DNA of 64,000 nucleotides from Octopus sinensis (taxonomy: Eukaryota): contig NC_042998.1 of the NCBI RefSeq assembly GCF_006345805.1, positions 115,258,001 to 115,322,000 on the forward strand, given 5' to 3'. Positions 37,820 through 50,624 of this stretch are shown here, in pieces. The notes under the pieces were generated by a model. The model saw only the letters and a list, made by a program, of their open reading frames with translations, was not told where the DNA came from and searched no databases. Numbering within the stretch: position 1 is the first letter of the stretch; each line of letters opens with the position of its first letter. Position numbers and translations under genes: made by a program.

Positions 37820-38430
37820 ATACACACATACATACATACACATACATACGCATACATACATACACATACATACATACACATACATACATACACATACATA
37901 CACATACATACACACACATACATAGATACACATAGATACATACATACATGCATACATATATGCATACATACATACTTACATACACATACATACATACATA
38001 CATACACATACATACATACATACACATACATACATACACATACATACACATACATACATATACATACACACATACATACATACATACATACGCATACATA
38101 CATACACATACTTACACATACATATACATACACACATACACATACATACATACACATACATACATACACACATACACATACATACATACATACACATACA
38201 TACATATACATACATATGCATCCATACATACACACATACACATACATACATACACACATACATACACATACACATACATACACATACATACATACACACA
38301 CATAGATACATACACATAGATACACACACACATACATACATACATGCATACATACATACATGCATACATACATACATACATACATACATACATACATACA
38401 TACATACATACATACATACATACATACATA
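37820..38430. repeat. (TACA)n/(TACACA)n microsatellite array
   Basis: Read directly; source of the MYVC-repeat ORFs. Confidence 0.95.
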
Positions 38431-39149
38431 CACGTTTATATGTTAACTTTACAAACTATTTTCCCTCCGCCCCCATTTCTTCACTGCATCCTCTTTCCCT
38501 TAAACGATGCATTAAGTATTTTGATCTGATCAAATCACGGAGAATAGAGGCTAAGTTCTCCGCCAGAAGCAAGAAATACAACTGGTTTTACGATCACGTG
38601 TCTATTTTGTAACAAAAAGGAAAAAAAAAAGAGAAAGAAATGAGAAAAAGAAAAATAATAAATTTAGCAACGTTAAGAATCTCTGTAAACGCGTTTATTC
38701 AACATTGCCAATTTTAGTCCTAAACATTTTAAAACAGTATAAATAACATCAACATTAAAAATGGATTTAAAAGTATATTAATGATAATACATAGTACTAT
38801 TAGGAAAGGGGTCAGTGTATTGTGTTGGTAGAACTGTTAGAGTGTCAAAGAAGAGGCCTTCCGGTATGTATTTTGTTTCTTTGCGCTCTGGTTTCGAATC
38901 TCACCACAATTAATTCCCCCATTAGGAGCAAATAAATTAAAAGTTAATCTCGTGTAGTAGATCAGCAGAATCCTTAGTACGGCGGAAACAAAAGGCTTGC
39001 AGTATTTATTCCCATGCTTTTTTTGTTCTGGGTTCAAAATCATACTGAGTTTCACTTTCTCTTTCATCTCTCCGAAATAGACAAAATAAAGTATTTGTCA
39101 AGCACTCCTGTCGGCCTGGATCAGATGGTGCCGCATTACATTTTCCGAA

Positions 39150-41800
39150 GGGCCTTGACAGGGTTTTTCTCGGCCCGGTCGGTAGGATGGTAGAGTTGGA
39201 CAGAAGCAGCAAAGAAGGCAACAGAAGAGCCGAGTTTATGCCCCAACAGGAGCTGGACAGTCAGATTTCTTTATATGTCTAGAGACTTTCCTAGAAATAT
39301 CATTAGTTTTAGTGGAGAGACTGGAATAGAATCTGAGACGCAAGCAAAGAATATGTAAGATAGCGGATTGGAGAGTGGGGTGCAAAAGCTTCGCTAACTT
39401 GCTCGGGCATTTCTAACTGCATGACAGGCTTCACTTCGATCTCCCAAATGCACCAGAGTGGACTTGGTCAAATCGCAGTGGGTCATCCAGGTTATACTTA
39501 GATATGGTCTTCTTCAGGCAGATAGGCATAGCATAATTTGCACACATTTTCATATCGTTTGCTATTCAGATCACAAATTCGGAACATTTATAGTCAACTT
39601 AGAAAAAAACACTTAGACTAAGACCTGGTTATTGGAAGATAAACGCGTCCTTCCCGGCGCGGAAAAATTCAGGAACCGGATTACTCGACTACTTAAACGG
39701 GAATGGACGAGAGACATCATCAACAACAAGTGACTGGTCTTAAAAAGGAAAATCAGAGAGACGTTTGTTAGTTTTAGCTAGGATATTGTTTAAAAAATTA
39801 TCAAACTAGTTAGTAACTTAGAAGAGGCACATAGAAGTGAGATTTCAACTGACGTTGAGAATGGCACTTGACCATTTCTTCGACATGGAACACGAAGGCT
39901 GTGTTGTCCGAGCTAAGGTGCGTGCTTCGAAATACGAAGGCTCAAAAGCTATTGGTTGGGCTCTGGTAGCGGAGGCACAGCATGAAAACAAATCCAGTAT
40001 TAGGTCTGTGACGGACCGCAGTGGACGTATTCTCTCCGATTCCAAACAGACTAACGTGGTGTTTCAGCAGCACTTTGCCGAGTGGCATTCTTGAGGCAGC
40101 AGGCTTTGAGGCTTACCTCGATGTTATGCTGCGCTTATCAGACAAGAAGATTGTGTTGCAAGAAGCCGATTTCAGTGGAGGAAGTGGAAGATGTACTGGG
40201 CCGCTGTATGGGACGCATATCACCTAGATTGAATGGTCTAACCTATGAACTATATTTCCACATGTATGACTACCTAGCTCCGGTTTAGGCAGCTGCCTAC
40301 TGTACCTAACAACCGACTGGAAGCATTGTCAGTCGTGTGAGCCGAGGAGTAGTGACACTACTGAGGAAGGGAGATGTGATTGAAAATTTCAGGACCTTAA
40401 CTCTACTCAACACTAAGTTAAAGATTTTAGCTAAGATGCTCGTCATGAGGCTAGTGCTTGTTATCGGTAGTATCGTTGGGGATGCACAAACCTGTGCGAT
40501 CTCCGGTAGATCTATCCTTGACAACCTCCACCTCATGTGGTGCATCGCATAACGGATCAGGAATAGAACTGGCTTTAGAGTGGTACTCGTCAATTTGGAT
40601 CAGTCCAAAGCCTTTGACAGGGTGGACCATCGCTATCTGGACTCTCTCCTAAAAGCTGTCGGCTTCGGTTCCGTCTTTAAAGGCCGGATCACCACGATGT
40701 ATAGTAGCATCTTCTAGGTCATTAAATTAAATGGCCACCTCTCGTAATCTTTATGGTTGTGTCTGCTTACGGGGACCACGTCACCGTTATGGTTTCGGAC
40801 TCTTCGGACATAGAAACAATCGAAGCTATATAGAAAGAATATAAGGCTTGCAGAGGAGCATTCACAAATCAGTAGGTTTGCAACTAGGCTTTTGGTGAGT
40901 CAAGTCCATGCAGACTAGCGGCGATTTCTGTCGCTAGACGGAGAGTCCACCGAAAGTGCTCGAAATCTTGTTCGGACCAGATCTCCAGGTATATTGGAAC
41001 TGAGAAGAGGTCATCACTAGAATGGCCAAGCCCACTCAAATGACGGGAAGAAAGGAAGCTGATTCTGGAATGCCGGGAAGAAGTAACGAATGACTATATC
41101 GCCTCGATAGTGTACTATCGCCTAGCCGTCGAGCCTTGTCCTAAAAATCTCTGACCAGATTGGTGCGCTTCCTTTTCCGATTCTTATGGGTGGTTCAGGT
41201 TCCGCTGGTTAGAAAATGCATCTAATGTCAACACCCACACCATGATTGTCTTGGTATGCCATCCTTGATGAAGCGGCTCCACGCTTTGAGGTTGTCGCAT
41301 CTACAGAAATATTTAAATCACAGCGATGGAATGAACGACGGCGACGAAAATAAGCGCAAACTGGTGTGAGTGTTCGTGCGACACGTCTTTCTGCAGCTCA
41401 TCTCATTGGTAGAGCTACAGTCATGGGTCAAACGTAAACCAAGGTTGGGCGTTTGGTATTTAGAATACTTCTAGGCACTCACTGCATCGTAACAACTACA
41501 CAAAACCTTTAGCAGGAAAACATCTGAATATTTCTATAAGAGGCCTTATAGTGTCTAAAAGTATTTGGCATGGTAGTGATACAGGTTTGTGGGATTGCTC
41601 GTTCGGGGCATGCTCTTCGGGCATGGGAGAGCCAACAGCCGAACCTGCCCGAAATGCTTGCTGGAGGACGATACAGTCCTGCATGCAATAATCCATTGTC
41701 TGTGCATTAGAGAGCTTTGGACTGTGTAGAGCAGCTGCTGTCTCGTGTAGCACGTGTTATTTCGCTTGTCCATAACTTTCAAGCGTTTTAACACCAAGCG
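39150..41800 (+). mobile_element. Second Tx1/L1-clade LINE ORF2 relic, heavily decayed
   Basis: VYAPTGAGQSDFF; ENFRTLTLLNTKLKILAK; LDQSKAFDRVDHRY; C-terminal RTCPKCLLEDDTVLHAIIHC (CCHC). Confidence 0.85.
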
Positions 41801-41908
41801 AATTGTTGAGAATATATTCTTTTACACCTATAAGCGCAGCCTACCCTCGAACTAGCAAAACACATACCTTATGTGTGTTCGAAGTTGTTATTATACACAC
41901 ACATACAC

Positions 41909-41965
<57 letters not shown>

Positions 41966-42092
41966 CATACATACATATATATATACATATAGACATACAT
42001 ATATGTATACGTATATATATATATACATATATACATATATATATATATACACAAATATATATATGTGTGTGTATGTGTACGTTCATATATAT

Positions 42093-42134
<42 letters not shown>

Positions 42135-42564
42135 ATATACACATACATATACATGCATGTATGTATGTATGTTTGTATCTGTACTTCTACAAATACACCT
42201 GACTGTTTCATATTTACTTCGTTCAAGTGATATATATTTAGAATTTATTAGACTAGAGGTGATATCCTTTCTGGTTGCTATTTACTCGCCTATTATTAAT
42301 TTTCGGTGTGTTTGTTCCCTCTTACTTGCGTTCAATGTTCTGAAACGAACTGTTGTGTGTGTCTTTGTCAATAGTGTTGTTTGTCAATTGAATTGAGTAC
42401 TGTTTAATACAGTAACTCTATTTGCAAGTGCAAATTCAACGACAACAGGCGCCCTCTCTAATTAACTGGTCAAATAACTATCGATTCTTTATTTTATTAT
42501 TAATGTATTTCTAACTGGCTGAAAGGGATTGGTTGTAAAGAGAGACCAAATAGAATAATAGATA

Positions 42565-42595
<31 letters not shown>

Positions 42596-42912
42596 CGTGG
42601 AAAAGACTGAGTAAGAGAGAGTAATAGAGAGGGAGAGAAATAGAGAGAAAGCGCGATAGAGGGAAAAGAGAGAAAGAGAGGGAGAGATATGATATGTGTC
42701 AGTGCTTGTCAGATTGTCAGAAGGAAACAGAAAAAGGCTGAATGTAATAGAGAAAACGGGAGAGAGACTCAGATAAAGAGAAAGCTATAGCAAGATAGAC
42801 TGAGAGAGAGAGAGAGAGAGAGAAAGAGACAAAGAGATAGACAGAACGAGAGAGAGAGCAAGAAAGACCGGGAGAGAGAGCGAGAGAAAAGAGATAGATA
42901 AATAGATATATA

Positions 42913-42959
<47 letters not shown>

Positions 42960-43279
42960 ATGAAACGTGGAAACGAATTGATTGGGAGTTAGTTAAAGGA
43001 AGAGGAAGAGAAACAAAATTTGAACTTAAAAAATTAAGTCTAGTGTGCAAGAGAGATATTTCTCTTTTAGTTTTAGTCTTATAGACTTGCTGGAGCAATC
43101 TAACGTATTTCATCGATGAAATCGATCCACTATTTATTTTGAAATCTACTTATTCTATCTCTCCTTTTCCCACAATAAATGATCACATATCAGTTCGTCA
43201 AGTTTGCTGAATTTCTATGTGGTGACTCTAGAGCCAACATTGCAAAAAACTAAGATTTTTAAAGAGCATCCTGCGAGAA

Positions 43280-44350
43280 AACTAGGATACGATAAAAATG
43301 TGACGGAATGTATAGACAACGTCACCTTCATAATATCAGACACCAATTTCATCGAGGTGACTGGCACCGAGGTATAAAGGGGCAGTGACAGGAGCTCAAT
43401 TTAACCGGTATAACTCGTTAGGCGTGAAGCTAAAGTGGCAGGTCCATGCTGTCCAATAGTGTCTTGGAGTGATGGACAGACGAATCGTCTGCATTTCTCG
43501 GGCTCTGTTTTGGTTCAGCTCTTCAAAATGGCAAGTAGTTGGATATAACGAGCAGAGTAGACTATCTCAAATAGAGGAAACTGCTTGTGAATGGTTGGCT
43601 TAAAATAGTGGACGCTTACATTGCATCCTGCAACTTATTGCTGTTTGACCATCGTGTCCAGCTCCGGTTCAGATTAAATTGTAGCGTCTGGCTTTTCGCT
43701 TTCCGTGGTCATAAGAGCTATCATCTTTCAACAATTGCTAAGTCATGATTTGAGCCCGTTGCGGCTAATGATGCGCAGACATGCGCTGAGGTTACGCCAT
43801 TCCAACGATCCCTTGATGATGAACAACTGCGTTATCAAGCTCAGTTTTTTCGAACTCTTCTCTTTGACAGACATACAGTCTTGGGTAAAACAAAAACTAA
43901 CGCAAAGTGTTTGACCTCTGGAATGTCGTCAAGTATTTGCAACCCTGTTCCAGTCCGATAATGCGATAAGTGGAAGTTCTACATTGGCGCTATTTAGATT
44001 AGTGATAGGTAAAAGCAGCGATGTCATCGGGGAATCTTTGGCTGTCGAAGAATTTTTGGTACAAAAGCCATTGATAGTTTCCATAAATCTCCGGCCAATC
44101 AGTGCTACTGGTGGCATTGCCAGTTCAAGATAAACTATATACGCACGAAGTACTGACAGTCGGGCCTGTCAGAGATGCGCGCAGAGCAGCGGAAATGTTC
44201 TGCACGCATTTATCCTGTACCCAAGCTCTGTCGTTCTGTGGAGTTATATCGAACACATGCTGTTACGTGTAGGATATATCTGGCTATTAATTAAGTCGTT
44301 TGGCTCGGACGGGTGGATTATCTTTATCTGGTTATGTGGTGGAGGAGGCT
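43280..44350 (+). mobile_element. Third Tx1/L1-clade relic (RT end to zinc finger)
   Basis: DNVTFIISD (cf. YADDITI); LMMRRHALRLRH; RACQRCAQSSGNVLHAF. Confidence 0.75.
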
Positions 44351-44469
44351 GAAAACAGATACATTCCTATAGACTATCCCTCATCAATCACCCTTTCCAG
44401 TTTTCTCTTGAAAATGAAAATGAGAGCGAAGTGAAAAATGCTATCTCCTATCAAATTTGTTGACACACG

Positions 44470-44780
44470 AATGAGTATGCTGTGTATGGCTCGAGTAGTT
44501 GAGCTTCGGTAAAAGTGCAACCATAGATTGGAAGAGTTTGGCTTGGAGAGGGCGCTGTGCCTTAGTAGTCAACTTGATCGTGGTTTCTGTGTGGTTTCCA
44601 TAAGCACCCTTCGAAAGTTTTTCCCTCCCATAAATGGGGAATGTTTTTGACCAAATTTTTGTTACCAAGTTTTTATGCTTTTTCAAATCTTTTCGTTTAC
44701 ATTGATGCGTAAAGCACATCTGTTTTCTGTAAACTTATTTTCGTTTTTGTGTTAGCCCAGGTGGCTAACAAAGAAATCTT
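44470..44780 (-). mobile_element. Possible Gypsy-type LTR pol relic (protease-RT junction)
   Basis: Frameshifted GR(D)FF.SHLG-like motif, then KTFPIYGREKLSKGAYGNH..TIKLT..AQRPLQAK; weak resemblance only. Confidence 0.3.
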
Positions 44781-44798
44781 CCTCCTCCTCATCATCAT

Positions 44799-44841
<43 letters not shown>

Positions 44842-45149
44842 GTAACCGTTGTTATTGTTAAGCTCTTGGGGCAACAGACAGCCCTATGATCAAAGGTATT
44901 CCATTCGTAAACAGACAGGCTTTCTCTTGCGTGAAAGTATCCTAGGGTTTTATTATCCAGATGGTCCTTACTTAAGCACCAGCAGCCAAATCTTACACGA
45001 ATCTTATAGTAGAGTGAGATTGGTGAGATATTTAGCTGTTATTTCAAACAGGACGCTATTTTTTTGTCCAGTACGGAAACTGAAATGAAGCCCGCGTTCA
45101 GAGAAGTACAGCAAAGCAAGAAGAGCTGAAGGATGAAAATAAAGAACAC

Positions 45150-45222
45150 ACATAGATGATGACAATGATGACAATGGTATTGGTGGTGTTGATGATAATG
45201 ATGATGATGATGATGATGATGT

Positions 45223-45257
<35 letters not shown>

Positions 45258-45767
45258 ATAGTGTTGGCGGCGACGGTGGCGGCGTCGGTGATGGTGGTTG
45301 TAGTGGGGTAATGAAGCAAAGAATCATTATGAATGAGAGGAAGCGTGTGATGGCTTGAATGTTACCGTTGCTGCAGCTGAAGCTGATGCCGACGATGACG
45401 TTGCTAATGATGGCGGTGGTGGTGATGTTGATTAAGATGCTTAATGAGAAGCAGCAGCCATAAGAGTAGTACTAGCAGCAGCACCAGCAGTGGTGGTGGT
45501 GGTGCTGGTGATGGAGGCGGCAGCGGTGGTGGTGGCGGTGGTAGTAGTAGTAGTATTAGTATTATTATTATTATTATTATTAGTAGTAGTAGTGGTGGTG
45601 GTGATAATGGTAGTAGTAGTAGTGGTGGTGGTGATAGTGGTAGTAGTAGTAGTGGTGGTGATAGTGGTAGTAGTTGTAGTGGTGGTGATAGTGGTAGTAG
45701 TAGTAGTAGTAGTGGCGGTGGTGGTGGTGGTGGTGGTGGTGGTATTTGGAAAGAAGAGAATAAGGAT

Positions 45768-45799
<32 letters not shown>

Positions 45800-45840
45800 A
45801 GAAGAAGAAAAAGAAGGAGAAGAAGAAAAAGAAGAAGAAT
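45150..45840. repeat. (GAT)n/(GGT)n/(TAG)n/(GAA)n trinucleotide mosaic
   Basis: Read directly; the poly-G/S/E/T ORFs are artefacts. Confidence 0.9.
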
Positions 45841-46467
45841 GCGGGGTAGGGGGAAGAGTACATGTAATGATCTAGCTGAGTTGTAGGAGTGTTGATGTGA
45901 GGAAGACATTTTGAAAGCCTCTCATATTGTTGTTTGCTTAGGGCTGCAGCAGACACCCTGAGATGTTAAAGTCAGCTCCAAGACAAAAACATTAATTAAA
46001 AGCCTGAGGTAGAGGCCAACTAAGTCCATTCTTCCCCAAATACTTTCAAAACAACAGACTTCATTCGTCGTGTTTCTGTTAACATATTATGATGGTTGTC
46101 TATGTAAACACATAAATGCATACACACAAATATATGTATACTTATACGGGTGTGTGTGTGTTTATTATACGTGTGTATTTGTGTGTGTTTGTGCTAGGTT
46201 GATTATGTGCAAGCATACGCTTAAATACACATATATATGTACACGTGTATTTATGTATATCCGTATACACACATATACATGTATAAACATGTATATATGT
46301 ATAAATTTGCGCGCGTGTGTATATACACATAAACAGTTTTTTTTCTTTTAGACATCTTATGTTGAAAACATGAATGATTCGGCTATCATCTTTCTGTCTA
46401 TTAAATTTTTCTCGTAGTTTTTCACGAGTTCGAAGCAGTCTGCCTAAAATCGCAAAGACCGTATATC

Positions 46468-46866
46468 CAAGGCCGGATTAAAACTCACAGAAGGAACTTA
46501 AAAGATTTTGGAACCCTCCATATATATGTAATTCAAAATATGAATAATAATAAACCTTAAAACGAATTTTATTGCTCAATATTAAAGAAAGCTAACAGTT
46601 AGAAGGAAAGAAATGCTTATTTTTGTATACTTCCACTTTATATTTGCAAAGTTTTCTACTTTTTTTTAATAGCAAGGTTATATTCTACCTATGACACCAT
46701 GGACAATTCAAAATTATATTTCCGAACAAATAAACTATTTAAAATATTTTATCAAGTTTAATGTGATTTCTTTTGTACCGTGAACCATTAACTATTTATG
46801 TGGAGCCCCACTTCCTATGATGCCCTAAACACGTGCTTATTTTGCTTAATGGTTAAACCAGCGTTG
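46468..46866. mobile_element. hAT-superfamily MITE
   Basis: TIRs caaggccggattaa / ttaaaccagcgttg (11 of 14 match); 8-bp TSD cgtatatc / cttatatc (7 of 8 match). Confidence 0.75.
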
Positions 46867-49006
46867 CTTATATCTATCATGAAAGTTTTTAGACTTCGTA
46901 ATCTCACCTTCTGAATGACGAGATATGAGCGTATATGGTTGCTTCTTTGTTGTAAAAAAAATCAGTGTGATTGGTGTAGTGTTTAGATTCTAAGCCTTAG
47001 ATTTCTATGTCATCAGTCTGGTGATGTTTGGGAAAACTGTATGTATTTTCCTTGTATGATTATGTATACTCATAACGCTGTGTTTTGTTATGAATTGTGC
47101 TTCCATCATTAATTATCAATTTTTGTGTAGAACTGTATCTTGTGTAGAAGTTTGTAGATTTTGAATAAGTTGCTCGCTTAAATATTTCTACGTTATTTTG
47201 TAATGCATCGCAGCGACTCATATTCTAAATGCATAAGTAACTGCCGGGGAAATATTGTATGCATTTGACATTGTCATCTTGAAACATTTGGCTGATGGAA
47301 ATAAATATGAATAAATAGGAACCTACCTCAAAGTGGAAAAATGTCCTGATATAATGCCTACGCCACTGGAATATGGAATTATCCTTACTCTCCTGCTGAA
47401 GTTTCTATGGTCAAGATAAGATTCTGAATCGTGACGTTTACAATTTAGACGTTTTCACTTGAATTTTAAAATCGTATTACCCATTAGTAGCTTGTTTGCA
47501 GCTATACTTGCTTGTAGGTTGTGACATTAATAAGAAGGTTTATAATGTTATCACTTATTAGCATGTTATTGGAGTTGGTTATATGAGATTTTAATGTGAT
47601 CAGCTATTCCATATTTTATAGTCATTTGATTTTAAAAAGTCACAGGAATTCAGCTGGAATTTTCGCTTTGTCATCAGCATTAAAAAAAAAACGCTGAACA
47701 TACCTGAAATATCACTATAATATGCAGGTGTTTTCAATTTGTACGTATCATGTGTTGACAATAAATCACTGATTTTGTTTTGTTTTATTGTCTTACTTTA
47801 CTTAAGGAATTCAATAAATGGTTTTCCTTTTTTCTTTTTCACTTAAGTGTAATGTTATCACATAGAAATGTGAGAAAGTTATACTAATAAGTTAATAACT
47901 CTTGGTTAATAAGTGATTTAAAATATGTTTTGCTTCGTTTAAATATATGTTTTATTTCTATTGTTTATTGTATTTAGATAAAATGCGACTATTTTTCTTA
48001 GTGAAAATTGATTTATCACTGTTGTTTTTACCAGATCCTTTTTTTTTTCTGACACCACAATGCTTTCTGTGTTCTTCGCTGTTTCTATAATTATGTATTA
48101 TTTCCCCTTCTTTTCTTAATGTGTATATCTAATGTAATTCCCAAAGACGATTGCTTTATCTAACCAATAAGAAGTCCTTTAATTAATCGTGCCATATACT
48201 AGAATTCGTTCATAGCCAAATCCTCTGCATATCACAGCCGATCACCTTTCAAGAAAAATGGACTCCTTGGATAAATTCTGTCCCAGATACACTATGTTTG
48301 ATAAAAGAGAGAATGGTTACAAGGTTGAATAAATTCAATCGTATGCCTCTTTCCTCAGTACAAATCAATAACTTTAATAAGCAACGATCGTTAATTTTAA
48401 CGAGCATTTCTTCCAAACAATTATTCCAAAAAAACTTAATGGAACTCAATCAAATTTTTACAACTCGGCAGATTAACTAGAACTTAGCAGTTTAAGGTTA
48501 ACAAAGAACTGTTGAATTATATGTCTCAGGTTCAGTACTATCTCTTTATATTTCTTTACAACTGGGTGAACTTCAATAGGTAATTGTTAAATGCATGCAA
48601 CACCGGAGATTAGCGTAACGCATGAGATGAGATACAAAACATTAATATGATTATAATGAATCTATGAATATAATACTCATTTCATAATCCTTGCGTAATG
48701 AATCACTTGAGCCACTGAGTGAACATCAACGTCATTGGTCAATCTCAATGGTTTCCAAATGAAGTCGATATGGCCCGTGGGGATCCATATAAGATCTGCT
48801 GTTAAAATTTGTCTGTAAGAAGCTGGTTATACTTCTACAGAATAAAATATAATATAAATATAAATATATCTATATCTATATCTATATATATATTATATAT
48901 ATATATTGATAATAACGGTAAGACAACAAAAGAAAGAGACCTCGATATTATGTAAATAGAGGAGTTTATCTGTAAATGTAATATGTGACAATTATTCGGT
49001 AGCCAA

Positions 49007-49066
49007 GATAAAACTCCGAGTTTCAGATGCCGAGGTGGAAATCCACAGTGCCATCTCTTCAGCTAT
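49007..49066 (-). ncRNA. Type I hammerhead, canonical CUGAAGA core
   Basis: ATAG-CTGAAGA-GATG...CATC-T-GAAA-CTC(G)GAG-T-T-TTAT(C). Confidence 0.62.
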
Positions 49067-49083
49067 TCAGGTTCTGATAGCCG

Positions 49084-49143
49084 GATAACTGAAGAGATGG
49101 TGGCGTGGATTTCGACCTCGGCATCCGAAACTGGAGTTTTATC
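49084..49143 (+). ncRNA. Type I hammerhead, canonical CUGAAGA core
   Basis: GATAA-CTGAAGA-GATG...CATC-C-GAAA-CT(GG)AG-T-T-TTATC. Stem I is 5 bp; predicted cleavage after 49138. Confidence 0.7.
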
Positions 49144-49924
49144 ATGGGTACCGAATAATTGTCACATATTACATTTACAGATATATCGTATATATATATA
49201 TATATATACCATGTATGTCTACTAATGTATCTACGTGTGATTATATATATGTATCTATGCGTGTTTGTTTATGTCTCAATAACTACGGCAAAAAAGACCA
49301 CAATAGAATATGTACCAATTTTAAAAAAAATAAAAGAATAAGTACTGGTGTCGATTTGTTCCATTAAATTTTTATGTTGGTGCCCCAGCATGGCCGTAGC
49401 GAAATGACTGAAGCAAGTAAAGCGTAAAATTTGAAGCCAAATCCTAAATAGGAACTACTAATATAAAGCGAATTGCTTCGTCTTTCAATTAATAATCATT
49501 CAAATAAGGAAATAATACGTCAACTTTTATCAGTTGCTGCGATGAGAGATTTCTGCTCAAAAATATTTAGGTATTGCATGATATATTCATGCAGACGTAA
49601 CCCCCCCACCCCCCAGAAAAAAAAACAGCGAAAAATATTTGATAGATTTCTCATCAAACTATCAAACGGTTACTAGTGGTAGCACAAAACAATTAACACA
49701 ATCTAAATGACAAAATAATTGCAGGTGATAAGTGCAGCCATGATATAATTGTGTAGATATTCCTTCGGCAAGGAAACAAAACATAGAGCAGTTGTATTGC
49801 AATTATATTTGTCAGAAACATGTTAAGAGTTCCTGATAAACAGATAATACGATAGTGTTGACATGTTGAATGAAAATCACAACTGAGAAATATCAACATA
49901 TGCATATATACATAAACATACGAT

Positions 49925-50196
49925 GCTACACATCGCTGGTCACAATGCGTTCGTATTGTTTTAGCCTTCGAATGACGCCACCCCACCCCGCTGGCTAAGC
50001 GAGCAGGCCAACAGAAGAAAGAGTGAGAGAAAGAGTGGTGAAAGAGTACAGTAGGGATCACCACACCCTGCCGGAGCCTCGTGGAGCTGTTAGGTGTTTT
50101 CGCTCAATAAACACTCACAACGCCCGGTCTGAGAATCGAAACCGCGATCCTACGACCACGAGTCCGCTGCCCTAACCACAGGTCCATTGTACCTCC
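49925..50196 (-). mobile_element. SINE family C head with a different 3' tail
   Basis: First ~175 nt match 2100-2280; the tail does not match 2285-2475. Confidence 0.85.
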
Positions 50197-50214
50197 ACAC
50201 ACACAAACACACAA

Positions 50215-50246
<32 letters not shown>

Positions 50247-50379
50247 TAATTACTTGTAGGGGCACTGTATTTTGTATTGCAACCATAATATACTGCCAGG
50301 CATATAAAGGCTTTATAAGTTAATAGTGTGTCCTACCGTTTTTGCAGTGCTATTAAATCACCTTTTAATATTATCTCTA

Positions 50380-50480
50380 CAGATTTTCTATAAAAATCGT
50401 AACCAGCACTGATTTGTTACGACGTTGCGAAGCACTAATAACAGAAGTCAGTGCTAGGTACAATTTCTATAGAAAATCTG
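50380..50480. mobile_element. 101-bp MITE-like hairpin with TA flanks
   Basis: TA|cagattttctataaaaatcgtaaccagcactga...tcagtgctaggtacaatttctatagaaaatctg|TA. Confidence 0.65.
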
Positions 50481-50624
50481 TAAATATATATGTATATATA
50501 TGTATATATGTAAATTTCGAACGATGAAAATGAGTGCTCAACATCGCATTGGTAGATATAATTCTTTCCTTTATGAATCAAGGCTACCAATGGTAGCCTT
50601 AATTCATATAAAGATATCTATTTT

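Larger units (their letters stand above)
48908..49183. mobile_element. Head-to-head fold-back element (~100-bp arms) with two hammerheads, flanked by TA-rich tracts
   Basis: Arms 48967-49066 and about 49085-49183; the left arm continues about 58 nt further to a (TA)-rich tract. Confidence 0.88.
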
